Origin: Spirochaetia bacterium
GTDB taxonomy: Bacteria; Spirochaetota; Spirochaetia; DSM-2461
Reading direction: 5' to 3'
NCBI GenBank assembly: GCA_963666985.2
Contig: CAXXIA010000002.1
Coordinates: forward strand, 2,400,001-2,464,000
DNA: 64,000 nucleotides
Position numbers and translations under genes: made by a program. Numbering within the stretch: position 1 is the stretch's first letter; each line of letters opens with the position of its first letter. This document shows positions 30,350 through 41,241 of the stretch, piece by piece. The notes under the pieces were generated by a model. It searched no databases, was not told the DNA's origin, and saw only the letters and a list, made by a program, of their open reading frames with translations.

Positions 30350-31534
30350 ATGAAGCGTTTTCTTACGATCGCTGTCGCGATTTTATTCGTATGTGTTTTT
30401 CCCGTTTTCGGAGGCGGTTCCGGTGAATCTTCCGCCGCGGACGAAGCGGCCTCCCAAAAGGCGGCCGAGGCGAACGCCGCGGATACGGCTCCCGATTCGA
30501 TTACCATCGTCGACGACCGGGGAGTGGAAGTGACCATTGAGCTTCCCGTGGAGCGGGCGGCGACATTCCCTCTGCCCCATCCTCACATTATCGCGGCCGT
30601 GGACGGCGGTTTGGATAGGGTTGTCGGCGCAAGTTCCATGTCGGTTTCGGCCGCGAAGATTTCGGTCCTGGGAACGATGTATCCGGATTTCCTGAACGTC
30701 GATACAAGTTACCTGGACGGACAGAGTCTGAATCTGGAGGAGCTTGCCCGCATCAATCCGGATGTGTTCTTTACCGACAAGGTTCTTGAAGGAATGGATC
30801 AGCTGGAAGCCACGGGAATCCCGACCGTGTACATGGGCTTGAAAAAGGAAACCGTGCCGTACGGCGGCGGAGACGCTGAGGCCTACAGCCCCAAGGCCAC
30901 CATGAAGGACTGGGTGGGCTATACAGCGGCCGTACTCGGCAAGAACGAATCCCATGCCTTGGACATCGCCGATCTTTGGGAAGAAACCGAGAACGAAATC
31001 GCCGAAGTCGTTTCCAATGTGCCCATGGAAGATCGTCCCAAAGTTTTGATCATGTTCAAAACAAAAGCCTTGATGGCCGCCGGAGACGCTACGTTCGGAC
31101 ATTACTGGATTGCCCGAACCGGAGGCATTAATGCGGCCGAAAAAGCGAAGGGCAATCATCCGGCTTTTGTGAAGATCGGCAGCTTCGAGGACATCCTGAA
31201 TTGGAATCCCGACGTGATTTATCTGAGTAATTTCGAGGACACGATGCCCTCGGACATCTATGGAAACACCATCGACGGCCAGGACTGGTCACGGATTTCC
31301 GCCGTGGAGAACGGCCGTGTGTACCGCATCCCTCTGGGAATCTACCGGTGGTATCCGCCCAGCCTCGACGGACCGCTCATGCTCAAGTGGATGGCACAGA
31401 AGAATTATCCGGAACTCTTCGATTACGACATGAAAGAAGAAGTGCGGGAGTATTTCAAAGAGTACCATCATTATGATCTAAGCGATTCCGAGATTGAAGG
31501 GATTCTGGACCCGGCTTCTTCGGGCACGCTGTAA
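30350..31534 (+). CDS. metal-chelate/siderophore ABC substrate-binding protein
   Basis: Signal peptide, IVDDRGVEV, NLEELARINPDV, EDILNWNPDVI, W..ISAVENGRVY; start at ATG 30350 (GAGG RBS). Confidence 0.9.
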   Translation: MKRFLTIAVAILFVCVFPVFGGGSGESSAADEAASQKAAEANAADTAPDSITIVDDRGVEVTIELPVERAATFPLPHPHIIAAVDGGLDRVVGASSMSVSAAKISVLGTMYPDFLNVDTSYLDGQSLNLEELARINPDVFFTDKVLEGMDQLEATGIPTVYMGLKKETVPYGGGDAEAYSPKATMKDWVGYTAAVLGKNESHALDIADLWEETENEIAEVVSNVPMEDRPKVLIMFKTKALMAAGDATFGHYWIARTGGINAAEKAKGNHPAFVKIGSFEDILNWNPDVIYLSNFEDTMPSDIYGNTIDGQDWSRISAVENGRVYRIPLGIYRWYPPSLDGPLMLKWMAQKNYPELFDYDMKEEVREYFKEYHHYDLSDSEIEGILDPASSGTL

Positions 31535-32557
31535 ATGGAGAAATCCCGCGGGGGCTTTACGGCTTTCCTTGTTATCACAACGGCTCTGCTGACGGCCGCC
31601 TTTATCGCGGCCTTGGCCATCGGCCGTTACCAGGTGGCTCCCCGCGATGTGGTTCGGATTCTGATGAATCCCGGGGCCGAAGATCTTCCCGGGGAGCTTT
31701 CTCTGGCGCAGAGCGTCATTTTAAATATTCGCCTGCCCAGGGTGATGCTGGCCCTCTTCGGGGGTGTGGGGCTGGGCGTAAGCGGCGCCGTGTTTCAGGG
31801 TGTTTTCCGAAATCCCCTGGTGAGTCCCGGTGTTGTGGGTGTTACCAGCGGTTCGGGTTTCGGGGCCGCCTTGGCGATTCTGATTTTCGGATGGGGCCCG
31901 ATGCCCCAGCTCTTCGGTTTTCTCTTCGGTGCCGCTGCCCTGGGCACAACCTGGTATATCGCCCGCAGGAGCGGAACGAATTCCCTGCTGGTTTTCGTGC
32001 TGGCCGGGGTGATTGTAAATATGTTCTTTCAGGCCATGATTTCCCTGGTAAAGTTCACCGCCGACGCCGAGGAGAAACTTCCCTCCATCGTTTACTGGCT
32101 GATGGGTTCGCTCAGTTCCGCATCCTGGAGAAAAGCGGCGCTGGCCATCCCTGTTATTCTGATTTCCTCTTTGGTTCTTGTGGGAATGCGGCGGCGGATT
32201 AATCTGCTCTCTTTGGGCGAGGAAGCGGTTCGGGGTTTGGGGGTTGATCCCCGGGGGCCCATGGCCTCCGTTTTGATTTTTACGACGCTTTCGGTGTCCG
32301 CGGTGGTATCGGTTGCGGGCATCGTCGGGTGGATCGGTCTTGTGGTGCCGCATATCACCCGGATGATCGTCGGGCCCGATCATGACCGGCTGCTGCCGGC
32401 CTCCGCCCTGGTGGGCGCACTCTTTTTCCTGGTGATTGATACGCTGGGGCGGACGATTTCGGCCCAGGATATTCCGCTGGGGATTCTGACGGCCCTGGTG
32501 GGCGCCCCGGTTTTTATCGTTTTGCTCATCCGCTCGAAGGGACGATGGGTCTTGTGA
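31535..32557 (+). CDS. FecCD/BtuC-family permease
   Basis: IRLPR, QGVFRNPLVSP..GV..G, GWIGLVVPH, IPLGILTALVGAP. Confidence 0.96.
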   Translation: MEKSRGGFTAFLVITTALLTAAFIAALAIGRYQVAPRDVVRILMNPGAEDLPGELSLAQSVILNIRLPRVMLALFGGVGLGVSGAVFQGVFRNPLVSPGVVGVTSGSGFGAALAILIFGWGPMPQLFGFLFGAAALGTTWYIARRSGTNSLLVFVLAGVIVNMFFQAMISLVKFTADAEEKLPSIVYWLMGSLSSASWRKAALAIPVILISSLVLVGMRRRINLLSLGEEAVRGLGVDPRGPMASVLIFTTLSVSAVVSVAGIVGWIGLVVPHITRMIVGPDHDRLLPASALVGALFFLVIDTLGRTISAQDIPLGILTALVGAPVFIVLLIRSKGRWVL

Positions 32558-32564
32558 GCCTCTT

Positions 32565-33377
32565 ATGAAGATTTCCTTAACCGATGCATCTTTTGCGTAT
32601 AATCCCGAACAGCTTGTGTTTCGAGATTTATCCTTTCAACTGGATTCCGGCCAAATCATGTCGCTCATCGGTCCCAACGGCTGCGGGAAAACGACGCTTC
32701 TTAAATGTCTGGTCGGCATCCGCTCTTTCTCCGGCGGACTCTTGGAACTCGACGGGAAAGCCGGTCCGTCCGATTCCGATCGGACACGTCTGTTCGGATA
32801 CGTGCCGCAGCTCGCCGGAGATCCGGTGCCGTATTCGGTGGAGCAAATGGTTCTTCTCGGAAGAGCCAGATTCATGGGACCGTTTTCCCGTCCCGATCCT
32901 CAGGATATCGCCATAGCTGAAACGTCCATGGAAATGGTGGGTATTACTCGGTTGGCGGACCGCGGCTTTCATTCCCTCAGCGGCGGAGAGAGGCAGCTGG
33001 TTCTTATCGCGCAGGCCCTCACCACAGGTGCCACGACTTTGGTGTTCGACGAGCCGACTTCGGCTCTCGACTTGGTAAACCAGCATGATACGGTCGATCT
33101 GCTCAGGCGTTTATCCCATGACGAGGGCTATACGGTTATTTTTAGTTCCCACGATCCCTCCCATGCGCTGCATATTTCCGATCAATGCCTTTTGATGGAT
33201 AAAACGGACGGGTCTCGTTTCGGTCCGGCCGAAGAGGTTATTACGGAGGCGGAATTGCGCCGGGTTTTCGGCGTGGAATCGCAGGTCATCCGGCATGAGA
33301 GAAAGGGACAGGGAACATCCATGGGCGTGCTGCCGATTCTTAAGCCGTACTTTAAAAAGACGGGAAAAGCGGGATGA
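32565..33377 (+). CDS. FecE/BtuD-type ABC ATPase
   Basis: GPNGCGKT, LSGGERQ, DEPTSALD, SHD. Confidence 0.96.
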   Translation: MKISLTDASFAYNPEQLVFRDLSFQLDSGQIMSLIGPNGCGKTTLLKCLVGIRSFSGGLLELDGKAGPSDSDRTRLFGYVPQLAGDPVPYSVEQMVLLGRARFMGPFSRPDPQDIAIAETSMEMVGITRLADRGFHSLSGGERQLVLIAQALTTGATTLVFDEPTSALDLVNQHDTVDLLRRLSHDEGYTVIFSSHDPSHALHISDQCLLMDKTDGSRFGPAEEVITEAELRRVFGVESQVIRHERKGQGTSMGVLPILKPYFKKTGKAG

Positions 33378-33646
33378 GATACGCGGTAATCGGTATCTGC
33401 ATCGGCTTTAAGGGCAGCATCAGGGATGTGAATACCCTTATAACGGATAACGGCGATATTGTTCTCGGACGCATGGGTTTGCCCATAAGGGAAAAAGGAC
33501 TCAGACTGATTTCCCTGATTGTGGAAGGGAATACGGACGCCATCGGCCGATTGGCCGGAAAACTGGGACAGCTGCCCGGCGTGGAAGTGAAATCCATGAT
33601 GATGAAAAATGTTCCAAACGATCATTCCCGAGAAAAAATCGGGTGA
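33374..33646 (+). CDS. TM1266-family ACT-like putative regulator
   Basis: R.AVIGI, VN.L......IVLGRMGLP......ISLIVEG..D.I..LAGKLGQLPGVEVKS family pattern. Confidence 0.85.
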   Translation: MRYAVIGICIGFKGSIRDVNTLITDNGDIVLGRMGLPIREKGLRLISLIVEGNTDAIGRLAGKLGQLPGVEVKSMMMKNVPNDHSREKIG

Positions 33647-33678
33647 ATCGTCTTTTCAAGAAAATCTTAAAAAGACAA

Positions 33679-35466
33679 TCAGACCTTGAAGATTTCCAAT
33701 TCCTTATTAATTCTTTCAACCGCCTCAAGGTTTGTCTCGCCGATTCTTGAAACCTTTGTAACCACCGCATCGATTTCCTGCGTATTCTCGGCCACACCTT
33801 CAATAAGGCGATTCACGTCTTCCGTGATATCGATGAGGCTTTTCATTTCACCAAAGACCTGACGGCTTCCGATTTTCATTTCTTTTGATCCCTGATTAAC
33901 GCTGGATGAGATCGCGGACATTTTTTCCAGCGAGTCCAGGATTACTTGAGATTCGCTGTTCTGTTCGGTAATGAGCCGTTCCACTTCTTTCTCCAGCCTG
34001 CTTACGGTTTCTATAAGGCCGTTGACGTGTTGGAACATTTCTTCGGTAATCTTGGAAGTCTCCACGATATTTTCAACAAGGGTGATAACGGAATTCAGCC
34101 GGGATTCGATTAGCTTGGATTGAAGAGTTGTCGATTCGGCAAGTTTCCGAATTTCATCGGCAACAACAGCAAAACCTTTACCGATTTCTCCGGCATGAGC
34201 GGCTTCAATCGCGGCATTCATGGCCAGCAGATTCGTTTGGGAGGCAACATTGGAAATAATGCGGTTTGTCTCTTTTAATCCTTCCGATTCATGTGAAACC
34301 TCGGTAATTATCGAGTTTGATTTCTCTATGTACTCCAATCCGCGTTCCGAAGCGGTTTTTAAATCTTCGAAACTGCGGTTCACCTCAGCGATATTTTTCG
34401 TTGCAAAACCGATATTTTTTACCATCTGTTCGATGGATTCGGACGATTCACCGATATTCAGCGACTGAGTTTCTATTAATCCGCCCAGAGAGTCGATGTT
34501 GGAAACGACTTCTTCTATAGCGGCGGATGATTCCGTGATTGATGCTGATTGGTCGGCTATGCGGTCTTTAACGGTTCGGACATTGCTGGAGATTTGTATG
34601 GATGATGCGGCTGTCTGCTCCATGTTTATGGCAAGTTCATGACCGACGGCCATCAAATTTGTTCCGGTATCCTGAATATTCTTTACCCGGTTCGAGAGTT
34701 GGGAGAGAAAATCATTCATATGGCCGCCGAGCCGGCCGATTTCGTCTTTGGAAGAATCTCCGATCCTCACCGAAAGATTCCCCTGAGATCCGGCGGAAAA
34801 GCTTTCGTAGAATCGTGTCAGAGGTTTTGAAATCGTTCGCGTGAGTATGATCGCGATGAAAACGGCGGCTATAACGGAAGTCCCTATGAGGATTAAAGCC
34901 GTTATGAGGGCCTTTTCTATTGTTTGATCGGCATCGGCCATAAATGTTTCGGCATTTCCGTCGGTCAGAGTCAGAACTTCTTGAACGTTTCTATCCAAGG
35001 TTGAGATATAAACGGCCCCCGATCCGGTATTGATTTTTCTTACTTCTTCCAGTTTCCCTTTTTCCGTCAGAGAGATTATTTCGTCCCGAATCGGCTTCCA
35101 TCCGACAAAATCTTCATTCAAATCTTCGATGATCGATTTATTCCCAAGAAAACGCTCCTCCAATATTTTAAATTCTTCGAGAGTTTGAGTTTCCAATGAG
35201 TTTATTCTGGCTACGGCGGCGGCAAATTCCGCGGCGTTCCGGGCGAGGGCGATGTCTTTCATGGATCGGTGTATCGCGATGATGTTGCTTTGAATCTTCA
35301 GCGAGGCTGTGCTGGCGGCGTACGGATGGCGATACAGCTGTTCCGTTAAATCGGCGGTTGTTTTTATCGTGTTTATCAGGAGAACGCAAAGTCCCAACAG
35401 TAAAGCAATTATGAATCCGATACCGATTGATAAGCGTATGCCTATTCTGATGTTTCGAATTTTCAT
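33679..35466 (-). CDS. methyl-accepting chemotaxis protein (four-helix-bundle sensor)
   Basis: TM-4HB-TM-HAMP layout, [17 protein letters not shown]. Confidence 0.95.
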   Translation of the reverse strand: MKIRNIRIGIRLSIGIGFIIALLLGLCVLLINTIKTTADLTEQLYRHPYAASTASLKIQSNIIAIHRSMKDIALARNAAEFAAAVARINSLETQTLEEFKILEERFLGNKSIIEDLNEDFVGWKPIRDEIISLTEKGKLEEVRKINTGSGAVYISTLDRNVQEVLTLTDGNAETFMADADQTIEKALITALILIGTSVIAAVFIAIILTRTISKPLTRFYESFSAGSQGNLSVRIGDSSKDEIGRLGGHMNDFLSQLSNRVKNIQDTGTNLMAVGHELAINMEQTAASSIQISSNVRTVKDRIADQSASITESSAAIEEVVSNIDSLGGLIETQSLNIGESSESIEQMVKNIGFATKNIAEVNRSFEDLKTASERGLEYIEKSNSIITEVSHESEGLKETNRIISNVASQTNLLAMNAAIEAAHAGEIGKGFAVVADEIRKLAESTTLQSKLIESRLNSVITLVENIVETSKITEEMFQHVNGLIETVSRLEKEVERLITEQNSESQVILDSLEKMSAISSSVNQGSKEMKIGSRQVFGEMKSLIDITEDVNRLIEGVAENTQEIDAVVTKVSRIGETNLEAVERINKELEIFKV

Positions 35467-35619
35467 GAAGATCTCCCGATATGTTATTGTTAAGTTATAT
35501 ACATGTGTGCATGTAAATACTTATTAACACAATATCATATATAATGCGAATTAACTACAGCAAGATAGGTGCTGGAAGATGAGAATAAAGCGGGTCTTCT
35601 GAAAATTGAACGCTTTGAA

Positions 35620-38031
35620 TTATCCGGCTCTTCGGTAGTTTCCTTTTAAAACGAATCGAATCGGCTCTTCTCCGACCGCGAATATTAATGAGGTTGTTCC
35701 GGACTTTTCAGCCGCGGGAGAGCCTTGATTCTGCAGATTCGGGAACATGGAGAATCCGGGCGGTGCGTTCAGGATGAAGCTTCGGCCTTTACTCGGCGGC
35801 GACCAGGGATTCTCATCGCTGCGAACCAGTTCTCCGGTCCATTCGTCGGCACCGGCCGGAATCAGAGAAAAGCTCCAGGTATTCCATTTCCCCTCGGAGA
35901 GCCTCGATTCACCGTCATCTTCAAAATGAGTATGGAAGATTGGATCCGGGCCCGGGTAGATGTCGAATCGGACTTCCGGAAACCAGCCTGTTTTCAGAGA
36001 ATCGGCCCCCGGTGAGCGCGTAACGATACTGCCGGCTTTGACCAGATAGCGCGCTCTGTTTGGATTAATCGGCGCTTGAACGACCGTGCCGCCGGACAGA
36101 AGAACGCCTTCGTCCGGATCGTACCAGTCGGCACCGGCCGGAAGTCGGACCGGAATAATCGCCTTGCCGCTTTCGAATGAATTAACGGCCAGGACGGCAT
36201 CTCCGAACAGGTAGTTCCCATCATCGCTTTTCAAATCCTTATCGCCGGGGAATTCCAGCAGCAGGGAGCGCTGAATCGGCGTGCCGGTCAGATGGGCCAG
36301 ATAGGCATGGGAGTAGGTATAGGGCATGAATTCATAATGCTGACGAACCAGAGATTTAAGGTCCTCCAGGATGTCCGGATAGCTCCAGAGTTCGGTCGGG
36401 AGTCCGTCGTCGTTCCAGGAATGAACGACGAAGCGCGGCTGGAACACCGCCGACTGGCACCATCGCAGAAAGAGTTCCGAATCGGGATGAGGACCGAAGA
36501 AACCGCCGATGTCGTGACCGAAATACGGCAGCCCGCTGAGGCCCATGGAAAGACCCATCAGATTGTTGGTGCGCAGACTCTCCCAGTCCGAGGTGTTGTC
36601 CCCGCTCCAGGTTCGGGCGTAGCGCTGGATGCCGATGCCTCCGGAGCGGGTGATGACCCAGGGGCGTTTGTTCGGATTTTTTTCACTCAGGGTTTCCCAG
36701 GCGATGCGGCACATCCTTAAGGCGAATGTGCTCCGCTGAGCATGGGCCGGTACGGTAACGTCTTCGATTTCCAGTTCGTTGTTGTCGTTCCAGATACCGT
36801 CGATGCCGTAGTCGATAAGCCGTTCTCCGAGCAGCTTTTTCCAGGCATCCGCGGCTTTTCGGCTTTTAAAATTCCAGAAGGAGGCATCGGCGCCCCAGTA
36901 ATACTCTTTGTACGGACGGCCTTCGGAATCCGGGACAAGAAAACCTTTCTCCGCATAGTCTCCGTAGCGCGGATGGGTTTCGAGAATGCCCGGTTTGATA
37001 TTCGCGGCGACATGGTATCCGCGCGAACGAATGGATTCTATGAAAACTTCCGGATTCGGGAATTTCTTCTTGTTCCATTCGAAGGCATAGCGTCTTCCGT
37101 CTTCGGCTCTGCAGTAGCCGCTGGAGAGATAGAGTCCTTCGCAGGGAACTTTATGCTTTTCAACGGCGTCGATATAGGCCGCGACTCTCTCGGAGGCATC
37201 ATCCGGATCGGTATAGTCCATGGATGATCCTAAGAAGCCGAAGGTAAAGGCCGGGGGGAAGGCCGGACGGCCGGTGAGCCGGGTGTATTTATTTAGGATG
37301 TCCCGGTAGTTATCACCCGTAAAGAGGGCGTAGCGGAACGGACCGTTTTCCAGAGAAAAGGAATAAAAATAGGGGCTTTCAACGCCGAAATCGGCGGCGG
37401 TGACATCGGGCGCCAGGAGGGCCAATCCGCTCCAGATTTTCGAATCCGGGTTCCACTTGATGAAAAACGGAATGGATTTGTAAAGAGGATCGGAAAAACT
37501 GCCTCTGTAGCCCAGAGCATCGCGGTTGTGCATAAGAAAGCGGCGGTCCCGTCTGTCCGGATCGCCGCCTTTGTCGCCCAAACCGAAGAAGCGGTCACCG
37601 TGTTCGAGGCGAAAATTGAACTTGCCGCGGACATTCCCCGGAGATGAACCGTGAACCCGAAGCGGGTAGCGGGGAAGAACCGTATCGGCCGAACCAATTC
37701 TGCCGCCGTGGACGGTTTGTCCGTTTCGAAACACCTCGATCAGCCCGTTGGCAAGGGTTATTTCGAAAGTGACTTCGCCGTCGCGTGCGCGAAAAACGTT
37801 CTCCCCGTTTTCCCGAATCCAGTCTTCCGGTTCGGCACGGTATTCGGGATCGATAAACAGCTGGGAAGCCTCATCCAAATCTTCCGGGATGGGATAGGCG
37901 GAAAAGTCGTAGCGGATACCGTAGGCCCCTTCGAAAAGGCGCTTTACCGTCAGTTTCGAAGTAGGGCCTTCGAACAGGAGAACATGATCGTCACCCCGGC
38001 GGTACTCCAGGGAATGAGGTGCCCGAACCAT
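35620..38031 (-). CDS. GH31 alpha-glycosidase
   Basis: FGLGDK, DPLYKSIPF, nucleophile WNDNNE, WSGDN, GHDIGGF; start set to ATG 38031, overlapping the permease stop. Confidence 0.93.
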   Translation of the reverse strand: MVRAPHSLEYRRGDDHVLLFEGPTSKLTVKRLFEGAYGIRYDFSAYPIPEDLDEASQLFIDPEYRAEPEDWIRENGENVFRARDGEVTFEITLANGLIEVFRNGQTVHGGRIGSADTVLPRYPLRVHGSSPGNVRGKFNFRLEHGDRFFGLGDKGGDPDRRDRRFLMHNRDALGYRGSFSDPLYKSIPFFIKWNPDSKIWSGLALLAPDVTAADFGVESPYFYSFSLENGPFRYALFTGDNYRDILNKYTRLTGRPAFPPAFTFGFLGSSMDYTDPDDASERVAAYIDAVEKHKVPCEGLYLSSGYCRAEDGRRYAFEWNKKKFPNPEVFIESIRSRGYHVAANIKPGILETHPRYGDYAEKGFLVPDSEGRPYKEYYWGADASFWNFKSRKAADAWKKLLGERLIDYGIDGIWNDNNELEIEDVTVPAHAQRSTFALRMCRIAWETLSEKNPNKRPWVITRSGGIGIQRYARTWSGDNTSDWESLRTNNLMGLSMGLSGLPYFGHDIGGFFGPHPDSELFLRWCQSAVFQPRFVVHSWNDDGLPTELWSYPDILEDLKSLVRQHYEFMPYTYSHAYLAHLTGTPIQRSLLLEFPGDKDLKSDDGNYLFGDAVLAVNSFESGKAIIPVRLPAGADWYDPDEGVLLSGGTVVQAPINPNRARYLVKAGSIVTRSPGADSLKTGWFPEVRFDIYPGPDPIFHTHFEDDGESRLSEGKWNTWSFSLIPAGADEWTGELVRSDENPWSPPSKGRSFILNAPPGFSMFPNLQNQGSPAAEKSGTTSLIFAVGEEPIRFVLKGNYRRAG

Positions 38032-38852
38032 CAGCCTTTCACTCCGCCGGCGGTAAGGCCTTTGATGAAGTATTTCTGGAATGCCAGGAATACGATAATC
38101 ATGGGCAGGATGGCGATGACGGTCATGGAAAGCAGCTTGGACCAGTCCACGTCGTATTGTCCCACGAAATTGGAGAGGGCCAGCTGCAGGGTGTATTTCT
38201 TCTGTTTGCTGATAACGATGAACGGCCAGAGGAAGTCGTTCCACCGCCACATAAAGGAGAAAATGGTGATGGTGGCGATAATGGGCTTGGCCAGGGGAAG
38301 AATGATCTTCCGGAAAATAAACCACTCACCGCTGCCGTCGATTCGCGCTGATTCGATCAGGGAGTTGGGAATGGTCATCATATACTGACGGGCCAGGAAT
38401 ATTCCCGTGGGCGTGGCCGCGGGCGGAATTATGATGCCCCAGAGGGTGTTTAAAAGTCCCAGATTTTTTTCCAAGAGGAAAATGGGAATCATGATGACCT
38501 GCAGGGGAATCATCAGGGTGGCGATCATGATGAAAAAGATAAGATCGCGGCCTTTGAAGATGTATTTACTTAAGGCATAGCCGGCCATCGTGTTGATCAT
38601 CACGGTGATGAAGGTGGCGATGACGGTAACATATCCGCTGTTGCCGAAGTAGCGCAGGAAGGTGCCGCTTCGGAACGCTTCGCGGTAATTATCCAAGGTC
38701 GGATTCGCCGGGAAAATGGTCAGGGGATAGGTGAAGAGTTCCGACTGTGTTTTCAGGGAACTTAAGAGGACCCAGAGAACCGGAAAGAGAAAAATGATTG
38801 TGAGCAGAGTATAGGCGATGTAAATGGAAACGGTACGGCCTTTCTTATTCAT
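38031..38852 (-). CDS. carbohydrate ABC permease
   Basis: ESARIDG EAA loop, WNDFLWP. Confidence 0.96.
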   Translation of the reverse strand: MNKKGRTVSIYIAYTLLTIIFLFPVLWVLLSSLKTQSELFTYPLTIFPANPTLDNYREAFRSGTFLRYFGNSGYVTVIATFITVMINTMAGYALSKYIFKGRDLIFFIMIATLMIPLQVIMIPIFLLEKNLGLLNTLWGIIIPPAATPTGIFLARQYMMTIPNSLIESARIDGSGEWFIFRKIILPLAKPIIATITIFSFMWRWNDFLWPFIVISKQKKYTLQLALSNFVGQYDVDWSKLLSMTVIAILPMIIVFLAFQKYFIKGLTAGGVKG

Positions 38853-39732
38853 TGGAGTATTCCTTCCGGTTCAAGCGGAATTGAATCATGGTGAGGATTC
38901 CGATGGTAATCATCAGCATCACCGCCATGGCCGATGCGTACCCGAGACGGTCTTCTTCGAAGGCCACCTGGTAAATGTTCTGAACCAGAAATTTCGTGGC
39001 CGAACCCGGACCGCCTTTGGTGAGGGTGAAGATAAGTTCAAAGGCCTTGAAGGAATTGATTGTCGCCAGCACCAGAACAACAAGCGTCGTGGGCCGGATA
39101 AGCGGGAGTTTGATGTGCAGGAAAACCTGCCGCCGGTTCGCGCCGTCGATGGATGCCGCCGAAAACAGATCTTCCGGTATGGCCTGGAGGCCGCCGATGA
39201 ACATCACCATGTAAAAGCCGCAGAGCGACCAGACCGAAATAAAAATGAGACTGGCGAACGCGGTACGGGGCGTTGAAAGCCATTTGACCGTTTCTCCGCC
39301 GGAGATGTCCAAAATATAGTTCAGGATGCCCAGTTCATCTCCGAGAATCCACCGCCAGGTGATGCCCACGATAATGAGGCTCAGCATGGTCGGAAGGTAG
39401 AATGTTCCGCGGAAAATCGAAACACCCGGCCGATTATCACAGGTGAGAAGGGCCAAACCGAGGGAAGCTGCCGTAATCAGCGGGACGACGATGAGAACAT
39501 ATTTGAGTGTGTTCAGGAAGGTTTTCCAGAAATCGCCGTCGCGGAAAATATTGCCGAAATTCTCAAAACCGATAAAGTTTTTTTCGCCGAGAATGCTCCA
39601 GTCGTAGAGGGATAATCGCAATCCGCTGATGGCCGGAATAATAATGAAAACGGCGAAAATAAGCATGTTCGGCGTGAGAAACAGCATCGGCGCGAGTGTC
39701 TGGTGAAAAGAGCTTTTTGTTTTTTTGCTCAT
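38845..39732 (-). CDS. carbohydrate ABC permease
   Basis: GLQAIP..L..AASIDGA, LTKGGP. Confidence 0.95.
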   Translation of the reverse strand: MSKKTKSSFHQTLAPMLFLTPNMLIFAVFIIIPAISGLRLSLYDWSILGEKNFIGFENFGNIFRDGDFWKTFLNTLKYVLIVVPLITAASLGLALLTCDNRPGVSIFRGTFYLPTMLSLIIVGITWRWILGDELGILNYILDISGGETVKWLSTPRTAFASLIFISVWSLCGFYMVMFIGGLQAIPEDLFSAASIDGANRRQVFLHIKLPLIRPTTLVVLVLATINSFKAFELIFTLTKGGPGSATKFLVQNIYQVAFEEDRLGYASAMAVMLMITIGILTMIQFRLNRKEYSNE

Positions 39733-39797
39733 AGTGGATTCCGATCGGCCCTCATCTCGGGGCATTGTTTGATGCTAAAAGTTTAAAATACAGAATA

Positions 39798-39822
39798 CCC
39801 GGCCGGCCGGAAGCCGGCCGGG
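39798..39822. terminator. 10-bp GC hairpin after the sugar-binding protein gene
   Basis: CCCGGCCGGC-CGGAA-GCCGGCCGGG. Confidence 0.6.
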
Positions 39823-39856
39823 CTTTTTTTATAATTCGTCCGATACGAAGCGGTGA

Positions 39857-41113
39857 TTAAAAGAAACTGTTTCCTTTGTCCTGAATATTCTGTGCGGCCT
39901 GCTGCATGGTGATGTTGCCGAGAAGTCCTTCGACAATCTGTTCCCGAATGTAGGAGTAGATTTTGTTGAGTTCCGCGCTTTTCCAGTCCTCGGCCGTAAT
40001 GGCCGGAGTAACGGAAAGATCGGCGGCCATGGTCGCGAAATCTTCCGAGCGGGAAGGATATTGAATGTTCACGTCGGTTCTGGCCGAGAGGTTGAACGTA
40101 TCGCGGCAGTACATGGCGTTATGCTCGGCATCGGAGAAGTGCATAATCAAATCAAGAGCCGCCGCTTCGTTTTCGGCACCCTTGAAGCTGCCGATGAATT
40201 TACCGCCGGCAACGGAACTTCGGATTTTTCGTTTGGGCATGTTTACGGCGGCCCATTCGAAGTCTTTGATTTCAGAAGCATACTTGTTGATGCACCAGGA
40301 ACCGCCGATGTGACTGGCAACCAAACCGGCCGTGAAGAGTTCCTGCGGATTTTCCGAGCCCATCCAGACCGATGCGGGGCAGAGTTCTTCGTCATGGAGT
40401 TTCTTGAAGAAGTTCAGAGCGTCGAGGGCTTCGGGCGTGACGAAATTCATGGCCGATTCATCGTCGTTGAGAAAGCGGCCGCCGGCTTCGAAGAGCAGGG
40501 TGGACCAGCGGTGGGGACTGAAGTCGTAGCCGAGTGCATAGTCCAGACCGTCGTTGGCCGCGACAACCGCTTTCATGGCTTTATACCAATCGTCCCAGGT
40601 CCATGTTTTGGAAAGCTTTTTGATGTCGATGCCCGCATTCGCGAAGTAATCGACGTTGACGATCATGCCGTTCGCCGTCGCTTCGGTGGGCATGGCCAGA
40701 ATGCTGCCGTCCGGGTGAGTGGCGAAAGCGACCGATGCGGCGCCGAAGTTCTTGAGTTCGGCTTCAAGTCCTTTAGCCTTGCCGTTCAGGGGAAGAAGTT
40801 CGTTCACGAACATGGCCACTTGGTTGTTGGTGATGCGGGCGACGTCGGGGGGATCGCCGCCGGCAATCATCAATTTTAGACGCTTTTCGTATTCCCCGAA
40901 GGGCACGAGCTGCAGTTCGATGGTGACATTGGGATTCTCATCCAGATAATCCTGTACGGTGTTCAGAAATACTTCCGACTCGTTGGCATCGTTGAACCAA
41001 AGGACATCCAGGGCAACGGGTTCTTGGGCTTCGGAACTCGACGCGCCGTTGCTCCAAAGGAATCCTGCGGCCAGCATGACGATTAATACCGAAAATCCGA
41101 CTTTTCGTAACAT
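39857..41113 (-). CDS. sugar ABC substrate-binding protein
   Basis: Signal peptide, AGGDPPDVAR, WTWDDW; start at ATG 41113 (GAGGAGG RBS). Confidence 0.93.
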   Translation of the reverse strand: MLRKVGFSVLIVMLAAGFLWSNGASSSEAQEPVALDVLWFNDANESEVFLNTVQDYLDENPNVTIELQLVPFGEYEKRLKLMIAGGDPPDVARITNNQVAMFVNELLPLNGKAKGLEAELKNFGAASVAFATHPDGSILAMPTEATANGMIVNVDYFANAGIDIKKLSKTWTWDDWYKAMKAVVAANDGLDYALGYDFSPHRWSTLLFEAGGRFLNDDESAMNFVTPEALDALNFFKKLHDEELCPASVWMGSENPQELFTAGLVASHIGGSWCINKYASEIKDFEWAAVNMPKRKIRSSVAGGKFIGSFKGAENEAAALDLIMHFSDAEHNAMYCRDTFNLSARTDVNIQYPSRSEDFATMAADLSVTPAITAEDWKSAELNKIYSYIREQIVEGLLGNITMQQAAQNIQDKGNSFF

Positions 41114-41132
41114 AGAAACCTCCTCTTCATTG

Positions 41133-41202
41133 TCAAAACGTTTTGATATCCTAAAACCGCGAAAATGAGATGTCAAGCGATTTTGTCAAAACGATTTGAC
41201 AA
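41133..41202. promoter_or_regulatory. two LacI-type operators
   Basis: TCAAAACGTTTTGA at 41133-41146 and TTGTCAAAACGATTTGACAA at 41183-41202, both with a central CG. Confidence 0.8.
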
Positions 41203-41241
41203 TTCGTTGTCTTCGGACGTATGTGCTGTTATTATGTGGTA

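Noticed and set aside
38032..38325. N-terminal extension of the GH31 ORF
   Set aside because: It overlaps the permease out of frame; the coupled ATG at 38031 is more plausible
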